A stretch of DNA of 64,000 nt from an uncultured Chloroflexia bacterium (GTDB lineage: Bacteria > Chloroflexota > Chloroflexia > Thermomicrobiales > CFX8), in contig CAVPYN010000011.1 in the NCBI GenBank assembly GCA_963709995.1, positions 119,604-183,603 on the forward strand, written 5' to 3'. The translations under genes were made by a program, and so were the position numbers. Within the stretch, counting starts at the first letter, position 1. Every line of letters begins with the position of its first letter. The notes below the pieces were generated by a model. It was given only the letters and a program-made list of their open reading frames with translations, was not told where the DNA came from and did no database searches. Of this stretch, positions 55,822 through 64,000 are shown in pieces.

Positions 55822-56416
55822 ATGAGTAATTTTTGTCAGGGCAGTTGGGGAAAAGTGGCGCGAATGGCTCGACGTAGCAGACGCTGATTTCACTCAGATC
55901 CTAATCCGTCGACAGATCTGGCGTAAATACCGCGCAGTATGGGACAAAGTCCCGTCAGAAACTCCGGTGAAAGAGTATGGAGGACCCTTTGATACGTGGA
56001 TCGTCGACATGTACGTCATGACCCAAGCGATCGCAGTTCGACGACAGTCAGATAAGCGAACTGACGTCATCAGTATCCGACGGGTTTTTGACGAGTTAGT
56101 TAAGCATCACGAGGTCGTGTTGGATTTCAGCGTCCAGCCGCTTGGCGTCGATCAACTGGAACAGAAGATCGAAGAGCTTGAGGAGATCTCACGTGACCTT
56201 AGGACATACACCAACAAACGTCTAGCCCATTACGACGATACCGGCAAGGCGTACTCAGCCACGTTCGGCGACATCGATCGCTCAATTGACCATCTCGGAC
56301 AACTTCTCCAGGACCTGCAGTACGTTCTAAAGGATACGCACCTCGTTCTCGAACCGATACAGCTGACGAGTTGGACAGAGATCTTCAAACATCCTTGGGT
56401 TACTGATACCGAATGA
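55822..56416 (+). pseudogene. Hypothetical protein with AbiU2-like (HEPN-like) C-terminal motif; probable frame break near 55826-55850
   Basis: The frame-2 ORF extends upstream of the listed start to EKWREWLDVADADFTQILIRRQIW.... The only ATG (55822) is in frame 1. TNKRLAHYDD resembles the RNKxxAHxD HEPN signature, but the Arg is replaced. Confidence 0.35.
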
Positions 56417-56799
56417 ACCTATACACAGTTTTGGCCCTCCATGCGCCGATGTCTTTAGGACGAGGCACATTACGTGACGTGCAGCTTACATCTCGCCGAC
56501 AGTATCGGAAGCATTTCCCGCTACCCGAATCGAAAGTCCTTTTCTGCCCTGAACACGCAGAGGTACGACGACATATTCAATGGGCTCCGCGAGGAGAGGG
56601 AGGAAGTATCTACCGGGCGAAAAATTCTTTCATGGCGTGTGCGAGCGGTCGGGATCGCGAAAGCAAAAGCAGAGTAGAGAGTGCAAGCCGGTCAATTCTG
56701 TTTCCCACATCAAAGAGGCTATGGTCAATGACAAACGCAATGAGTAAACGTCTTGACTCTCACCTCAGCTAGACTCGAAGAACTCTAAGCCTGTGCAAT

Positions 56800-57546
56800 G
56801 TGGATAGGTTCGGCGTCGCGTCGACAGTTATTGGAGGTCGCATGGTCACCATAGATCAGCAATTCGACTCGCTCCGCGACTTTCGTGCCGAAGACGTAGA
56901 CCAGCGCCTCGCCATCGCTATTACTTGGCGCAACTATGATCCCGACCTGCGGCAAGCGATGCTTCTCGCTCTGGCGAATGCAGCGGCTGAGGCACTTCCC
57001 CCAGGAACCCCGGTCCAAGTGCGGGGGTCGGGTTACCACGTCGGCCCCATGGCGCAGGGGCTCACCTACCAGATGATTTTCACCGCCGTCGAGAACGTCC
57101 AGACCGTTGTCGACACGGCTGCTTCCTGGATTGAAGTAGGTGCGTTCGCGATCCTCGTGATCAAGTACGCGCGAGACGCCCTTCGTAGACGTATCAAGGA
57201 AACTGGCGCAGAAATCGACCCTAGCATGACCATGCACGTCTATTTGCGGGATGACGCAATCGTGCTTTCCCAATCCATGATACGAGGACTCTGCGAGCAT
57301 CACTTCGATTCAACGTATGGCCGATCCCACAAAACTGTCAGTGCCGACGTTACTAGCCGTTCGCCTGACCCTGAAATAGTGTGGGCAGGACGGCCAAACG
57401 AATCGATCGTGTATGTTGTGCGCATCTGGACTGGGCAAACGAGCTATGTCTACGTTGTCGATGGACGCGGGAAGCCGATCGAACACATCAGCATTCGAGG
57501 AAGGAAGTTAGCTTCCCTCCCTCTCCCAGATTGGTTTGGTAGGTAG
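56800..57546 (+). CDS. Hypothetical protein
   Basis: 248-aa ORF in an AT-richer block. No recognisable motifs. The start may be the internal MVTIDQQ. Confidence 0.4.
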   Translation: MDRFGVASTVIGGRMVTIDQQFDSLRDFRAEDVDQRLAIAITWRNYDPDLRQAMLLALANAAAEALPPGTPVQVRGSGYHVGPMAQGLTYQMIFTAVENVQTVVDTAASWIEVGAFAILVIKYARDALRRRIKETGAEIDPSMTMHVYLRDDAIVLSQSMIRGLCEHHFDSTYGRSHKTVSADVTSRSPDPEIVWAGRPNESIVYVVRIWTGQTSYVYVVDGRGKPIEHISIRGRKLASLPLPDWFGR

Positions 57547-57550
57547 GCCG

Positions 57551-58173
57551 ATGATCGAGATCACCGAGCGCGTATACAAGCTCGTTTGGGACCTACCTCG
57601 ATACTGCTACCGGATCAAGAAACGCGAGCTTGAGCCAAGCGGTATCTATTTCTTCTTCGAGCGTGGGGAGATAGTCGATCTTGATGGAGTTGTGGGTGAT
57701 CGGATCGTGCGCATAGGATCACACCGCGTCGACGGCCGGCTCCCCGGGCGGATCAGGGGAACACTATGGCAAAGTGCGAACGTTGGGGGGAGATAAGAAC
57801 GCAACGATATTTCGCAAGCACCTGGGGGCAGCATTGATGAATCGAGAGATCCCACCCGACCTACGGCTGTCAAGCTGGCTGGAAAAAGGAACACGCGGTT
57901 TCGACGACGTCGAAGAGCGCGTTAGCCGAAAACTCCGCGATGACTTTACATTCACTCTATGTGCCTTTCACCGATCAAGTCGCACGTATTGCGACTGAAA
58001 AGGCACTCATTGCACTACTCGCGCAGCATCGCATGGGTTCGCCGTCACGTGACTGGCTTGGGAATTCCGCGATCGATCCAATAGTTAGACGATCGGGACT
58101 TTGGAACGTCGACGACGTTAACCGACGACCGCTTACATCCGAGCAATTCGACCAATTGAGAATGCACTGTTAA
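57551..58173 (+). pseudogene. GIY-YIG nuclease family protein, two frame breaks (G-run 57756-57759; about 57950)
   Basis: SGIYFFFERGE (GIY) and RIVRIGSH (YIG-like), then EHYGKVRTLGGDKNATIFRKHLGAALMN, then LYVPFTDQVARIATEKALIALL..., in three successive frames. Confidence 0.55.
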
Positions 58174-58310
58174 CTAGCGCCTACCCTTGATTCGATCCAT
58201 GCACTCTAAAGAACCTGAGTTGCCACAGATCCGTCCGTCGTCGTGGCACACCTATCTGTACTACGATGCTCCCAGCCTGTTTCGTCCTACCCGGAAAGGG
58301 ATATACAAGG

Positions 58311-61300
58311 ATGGCTGAAGAAGCGTATGGCGCGCTGAAGTGGCGCAATATCGGGCCGCATCGCGGCGGTAGAGTCGTCGCAGTCGCTGGCGACCCGGTT
58401 GATGACAAGACGTTTTATTTTGGTGCCGTGGCCGGTGGGGTCTGGAAGACCGATGACGCCGGGGATCACTGGTACAACATCTCGGATGGCCAGTTCACGA
58501 CGGCGGCGGTCGGGGCGATTGCGATTGCCGACTCCGACCCGAACGTGATCTACGTCGGGACCGGCGAGTCGTCGATTCGCTCGAATGTCTCGCACGGCGA
58601 CGGTGTGTATAAATCCACTGACGCTGGCAAGACCTGGGCCAATATTGGCCTCTCCGACACCCGGCACATCAGCCGGATCAAGATTCACCCGAATAACCCG
58701 GATCTGGTCTATGTCTCGGCGCTCGGTCACGCCTGGGGCAAGAACGACCAGCGCGGCGTCTTCCGCTCGAAGGATGGCGGCGCGACCTGGGAGAAGGTGC
58801 TCTATAAGAATGAAGGCGCGGGCGCCATCGACCTGACGATGGACGCGACCAACCCGCGGATTCTCTACGCCGCGATCTGGCAGGCCCAGCGCTTGCCCTG
58901 GTCGATGGAGTCCGGCGGACCCGATAGCGGCATCTGGAAGACGACCGACGGCGGCGACAACTGGACCGACATCACCCGCAACCCGGGCCTGCCGACCGGC
59001 GAGAACATCGGCAAGATCGGCATCTCGGTTTCACCGGCCAACCCGAACAAGGTCTACGCCCTGATCGAAGCCGACCAGAACGGCCTCTATCGCTCCGACG
59101 ATGGTGGCGCGAACTGGGAGTTCATCAACGACGATCCATCGCTGCATACCCGCAACTGGTATTACACCCACATCTACGCCGACCCCGGCGATGAGAACAC
59201 CGTCTGGGTCATGGAGCAGCAGTTCCTGAAATCGATTGACGCGGGCAAGACCTTCACGTCGATCCCGGTGCCGCACGGCGACAACCACGACATGTGGGTC
59301 GATCCGAAGAATCCGGACCGGATTATCGAGGGCAACGACGGCGGCGCGATCGTCAGCTTCAATGGCGCGGCCTCCTGGTCGACGATCATGAACCAGCCGA
59401 CGTCGCAGTTCTATCATGTCACCGTCGACAACCAGGTGCCCTACAACGTCTACGGCTCGCAGCAGGACAACTCGGCCATGCGCGTGCCGAGCATCAGCTT
59501 CTATGGCGCGATCACGCAGAATGACTACGTCGTCCCTGGCGGCGGCGAGTCCGGCCATATCGCCGTGAAACCGACCGAGCCATACACCGTCTTCGGCGGC
59601 TCGGTCGGCAGCGGTCTCGGCCACGGTCGCTTCCGCGCCTGGTATCCCAACACCGATCAGACGCGCAACATCACCGTCTGGCCGGAGTTCTACGGCTTCA
59701 CCTCGCCGACGAGCATCCACAAGTACAGATTCCAGTGGACCTTCCCGGTCGAGATCTCGCCGCACGATCCGGACAAGCTCTACGCCACCTCCAACTACGT
59801 CCACGTCTCCTACGACGAGGGCGGCAGCTGGGAGGTCATCAGCCCGGACCTGACCCGCAACGACCCGGCCCACCAGGAGCACTCCGGCGGACCGATCTCC
59901 TCCGAGAACGTCGGCGCGGAAGCCTACGGCACGATCTTCGCGCTGAAGGAATCGCCCCACGAAAAGGGCGTCATCTACTCCGGCTCCGACGATGGTCTGA
60001 TGTACGTCACCAAGGATGGCGGCGCGAACTGGGAGAGCATCACGCCTCCCGACGACCTGCTGCCGAATCCGGCCGAGAACCCGGCCCGCATCAGCACGAT
60101 CGACGTCTCGCCGCACAAGGCCGGCACGGTCTACGTCGCCGCCAACCGCTACCAGCACGACGACCCGTCGCCCTACCTATTGAAGAGCGACGACTATGGT
60201 CAGAGCTGGCAGCTCATCACCAGCGGTCTCGCCGACAACGTCATCTGCCGGGCCGTCCGCGAGGATGTCAACAAGCCGGGCATCCTCTACGCCGCCACCG
60301 AGACGGGCGTCTTTGTCTCGCTCGACGACGGTAGCAACTGGGAGTCGCTGAACACCAACATGCCGATCTTCCCGGTCCACGACATCGTCTCGAAGGACAC
60401 CGACCTGGTCATCGCTGGCCACGGCCGCTCCTTCTGGATCCTCGATGACGTGACCCCGCTCCACCAGCTCCAGGAGGAGCAGGTCAGCGGCACGAAACTC
60501 TTCAAGCCGCGTGATACCTACCGCTATCGCATCGACCACGGCCACGGCCTGGACATCCAGCCGGGCCTCGTCGCCTATCGCCGCGCCGGACCGACGACGA
60601 TCTCCGTCCGCGCCGTCCGCGACGAGTACGGCGACTGGGAGCAGGATCTACTCGACGCCGGAACGAATCCACCGGACGGCGTCATGATCCACTTCAACGT
60701 CGATGAAGTTCCCGACGAGGCGACGCTGACGATCAAGAACAGCGCCGGCGAAGCGATCAAGACCTTCACCCTCGACGGCGAGGGCAGCAGCAAACTCCGG
60801 ATCAAGGCTGGCGCGAACCGCCACATCTGGAACATGCGCGAGGAAGGCCCGGCAACCCGCGAAGCCGACAAGAGCCTCCCGGCCCGAGCGCGCCGGATGT
60901 TCGACGGCACGGCGCCGAAGGCTCCTCTCGGGCGACTACTCGGTCGAGCTCGCGATCGGCGACGACGTCCAGACGCAGACCTTCTCGATCCTGCCGGATC
61001 CACGTCTGCCGATCTCGGAAGACGATCTCAAGGCGCAGTACGAGTTGAAGGCGGCTATCCGCGACAAGATCTCGGAGGCCCACGAAACGCTCAACGTGCT
61101 GGAGAAGCTCGACGCTCAGGTCAATGACTGGTCGTCGCGCACCGACGATGCTTCGATCAAGGAAGCCGCCGAAGCGCTATCGGCCAAGATCGAGACGCTC
61201 TGCGATCTGCTCCGCGTCCCGAAGATCGCGTCGACGCGCGGCGGCGAGAACGGCCTGCGTGAGAAGCTCGGCGTCCTCTCGTCGGCGATCGACGAGTCGG

Positions 61301-61494
61301 ATCACGCGCCGACGGCCCAGGCCCAGGAGGTCTACGGCAACCTGGCTGAAGACGTGACCTCGGTCCGCTACCGGGCCCAGCAGTTCGTCGACGACGAGGT
61401 CGCGGCCTTCTCCGCCAAGCTCGAAGCTGCCGGAGTCCCGCGCCTCAGCACAACGCCAGCATCGACGGGCGCTCGCGCCGCTGCTGGAGATTAG
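58311..61494 (+). pseudogene. BNR/Asp-box repeat beta-propeller protein (sortilin/VPS10-like), one frame break near 60925-60935
   Basis: Repeated SxDxGxTW Asp-boxes (TDDAGDHW, STDAGKTW, SKDGGATW, TTDGGDNW, SDDGGANW...). After the shift: GDYSVELAIGDDVQTQTFSILPDPRLPISEDDLKAQYELKAAIRDK, joining ORF 61045..61494. Confidence 0.75.
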
Positions 61495-61615
61495 AACCCG
61501 TCAAGCGGATATGCAGGGATAGAGATGGCGCTCAGGAGATTGAGCGCCATTTCCTATTCTTGAAAGCGCCGAGCCTTGATTGCGGCCCATCGTCTCGTGA
61601 AAGGACCGGAAACCT

Positions 61616-62357
61616 GTGCCCGATTTTCGTGCTCTCGTCCGGATTCCATTGATCGAGCGCAACCCGCTGAACCGGTATCGTAATCTCCGAGACGAGCGGC
61701 ACGAGATCCGGGATGGCATCGTTCTCTACTCGGAAGGGAATGAAGGCGTCGATACCAATTTCGCCGCTGTACTTGGGCTCGTGGATCCCGAACGCCTCTT
61801 CGATCTCGCTCGTGGATTCTTCGGAAACTCACCATTCGCAGTCATCGTTGAATCCGAGACGGCATCAGCTGTCGAAGAGCACGTGATTTCTCTGGGGTGG
61901 GCTCTCGACGAAGAAGAGACAGCGATGGTCCTGATCGAGGTTCCGGGAACTCCCGAGCCACCGGAAGAGCTGGACATCCAACGAGTTTCGAACGAGAAGA
62001 CATACGAAGACTACATGACCGTCGTTCCCGGCAATCGGAGTTGGGCGCCGAGCCTTGCCGCCGCAACTGATCCCCGGGTCGGGCTGTTCGTTCGGCTACG
62101 TCGCCGGCGCTCCGATCGCAACGTCACGACTCACTGTCTATCGCGAGTCTGTTGAGGTAACGGCGGTACAGACCTTGGAACGGTGGCGGCGACGGGGATT
62201 CGGCAGCGCAATGACCTGGGCTGCGATCTGCGAGGGGCAGCGCCGCGGCGGCCAGTCAATCATCCTCACCGCCACCGGGATGGGCTATCCGGTCTACCTG
62301 CGGATGGGCTTTCAGAGAGTCTGCGCGTACCGTGTGTACCTGCCGCCATCACAATAA
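61616..62357 (+). pseudogene. GNAT family N-acetyltransferase, one frame break near 62085-62100
   Basis: The C-terminal part VGYVAGAPIATSRLTVYRESVEVTAVQTLERWRRRGFGSAMTWA carries the acetyl-CoA motif (RRRGFG). The N-terminal part is in the preceding frame. Confidence 0.65.
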
Positions 62358-62562
62358 CCGCATCAAGTGCCAACTTCCGACCATCCGTACTCAGCATCGT
62401 CCAGGCCCTCCTCTGCATTCCGCCATCCGCGCCCTTGTCAGCGGCGGATCAACACATTGCGTCCGTAGATTGAGGAACAGCAAGGTCATGCCACCAGGAG
62501 AATTGTTCGCATGCGGGCCCAGCCTGGACGGTCAATACTCCGCACTCATTTCTCGCGTCCCG

Positions 62563-64000
62563 CTATCTCCGGTGAACGATCTCTCCGCCGAGAATTGTTG
62601 CTTCGACCTGGATGTCGAACAATTCGTCCGGCTCAACCACAAAGGGATCAGCCGAGAGCACAGCGAAATCAGCCAGCTTCCCGGTTGTTATCGTGCCCTT
62701 GAGATGCTCTTCATATGCCCACCGTGCCGGCCAGATCGTGAACATCTTGAAGGCATCCTCAACGCTGACCGCTTCTTCGGGACGGTAAATGTTGCCACGC
62801 TGGGTGCGGCGCGTCACCGCGCAAGCGATGTTGAAAAGCGGCGCGATCCCATCAGGCACGGTGCCGGTTGAATCGCTCGACCCGATGACCTCTACTCCGG
62901 AATCGATCAGGCTGCGCAATCGGAATGGGCGCGGGTAGCGGCTACCCATCGTGTCGCCCTGGCTGTAGATGAACTGTGGCGTCGTTACCGCCCCGACCCC
63001 GAGTCGCTTCAGACGATCCATCTGTGGTTGGTCGACCACAAAGTCAGCGCTATGCTCCAGCCGGTGGCGGTGGGCACGCGGATGGCTGTTCAAGGCGTGT
63101 TCGTATGCATCTAGGCCAAGGTCAATCGACAGCTGGCTGTTGATGTGCATCCAGAGTTGCTGCCCGGCATTGTGGACCCTGGAGACGAAATCAAACAATT
63201 CGGCGCGGGTCCACTTCACATCCCAGAGTTTGTTGCCATAGCCATCGTGACAGCACCCGTCGATAAACGCCTTGACGCCGCCATACGCCAACATGTCATC
63301 GCCAAATCCCGGTTTCATCCCCAGAGCGAACAATTCATCCAGCTCCATGTGACGACCGGCATGCACCCAGTAGCGCATACGCAGCGGAAGCTCTCCGGAC
63401 GCCTGCAGATCCTGGACTGCGACGAGGTCGTGGCTCGAATACGGCAGATTATGAACCGTCGTCACCCCGTTCGCGATGAAGAGTTCCATAGCCTTCTCTC
63501 GCAACGAATCGGTGACCACATCCACGCCAAAAGCTGGCAGGAGATCCCACATCTCGGTTACAACACCGGTCGGTGTGCCATCCCCGGCGCGATGCATCAC
63601 GATCCCCATCGGGGGATCGCTCTCCCGGCCCCAGAGACCGAGTTCGTGAAGCGCCCGTGTGTTTAGCATCCCGACATGCAGGCTGGAGAAGACCACGACT
63701 GGATGTTCCTGACTGACGGCGTCGAGATCCTGGCGGGTGAGCAGGTGCCCTTCCGGAACCCGCAACTGCAGCCCGAAACTCGAACGCCCGATGATCCACT
63801 CACCAGGCGGCGTCGTTTCGGCGACGCGGGAAAGTTCCCCCGCTATGGCCGCAAGGCTCTCGAAGGGCGGCACGGCGCAGGAAACGCAACGGGTTAACGC
63901 GACACAAGTCATTTCCAGGTGCGTGTGCCCGTCAATGAGCCCGGGCACGACGGCCCGTCCTCCGGCGTCGTAGACCTGCGCGTCGCCAGCTATCGCTAAC
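62563..64000 (-). CDS. Amidohydrolase family protein (YtcJ-like), 5' end beyond the window
   Basis: PGLIDGHTHLE metal-binding motif and C-terminal GKLADFAVL. The frame stays open upstream of 63948 to the window edge. Confidence 0.8.
   Translation of the reverse strand, partial: LAIAGDAQVYDAGGRAVVPGLIDGHTHLEMTCVALTRCVSCAVPPFESLAAIAGELSRVAETTPPGEWIIGRSSFGLQLRVPEGHLLTRQDLDAVSQEHPVVVFSSLHVGMLNTRALHELGLWGRESDPPMGIVMHRAGDGTPTGVVTEMWDLLPAFGVDVVTDSLREKAMELFIANGVTTVHNLPYSSHDLVAVQDLQASGELPLRMRYWVHAGRHMELDELFALGMKPGFGDDMLAYGGVKAFIDGCCHDGYGNKLWDVKWTRAELFDFVSRVHNAGQQLWMHINSQLSIDLGLDAYEHALNSHPRAHRHRLEHSADFVVDQPQMDRLKRLGVGAVTTPQFIYSQGDTMGSRYPRPFRLRSLIDSGVEVIGSSDSTGTVPDGIAPLFNIACAVTRRTQRGNIYRPEEAVSVEDAFKMFTIWPARWAYEEHLKGTITTGKLADFAVLSADPFVVEPDELFDIQVEATILGGEIVHRR

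Noticed and set aside
59031-60158. 375-aa minus-strand ORF
   Set aside because: It is antisense to the BNR-repeat gene. Its Val/Arg/Asp-rich composition is typical of a spurious ORF.

Overview
High-GC bacterial chromosomal window. Gene content resembles Chloroflexota/Thermomicrobia, but that is a guess I cannot verify here. Left third (1-24 kb) is mostly housekeeping and metabolism: yebC, a K+ channel, a GH63-like hydrolase, a PfkB kinase, an MlrC-like peptidase plus three tandem DppA/M55 peptidases, ctaA-ctaB, a Ser/Thr kinase, hemQ, fixX and a PAP2 protein. Middle (24-42 kb) holds a decayed RHS polymorphic-toxin locus: a 5'-truncated main rhs, two orphan C-terminal modules, small putative immunity genes, and an IS3 element abutting an IS982 fragment. 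It also holds an hpt fusion gene and a B12-binding radical SAM gene that the ORF track truncates. That gene has an in-frame TGA inside a C-U-A-E-P tail, followed by a SECIS-like hairpin, so it is probably a selenoprotein. Right third (43-64 kb) carries the protocatechuate branch (pobA, pcaD remnant, pcaC, pcaH, pcaG, pcaB), a macro-domain gene, an M20 amidohydrolase, then argF. Two extra diverged direct copies of the argF 3' end follow argF and separate unrelated cargo: an ABC exporter, AbiEi/AbiEii, then an AT-richer block with HEPN-like, unknown and GIY-YIG genes. This looks like an integrase-less array of insertions at the conserved HCLPAHRG codons and is my top candidate for something new. 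By eye I count roughly 30 reading-frame breaks. Nearly all behave as single-base insertions and they cluster in a few genes, which suggests assembly indel errors rather than real decay. I found no tRNA, rRNA or CRISPR array.
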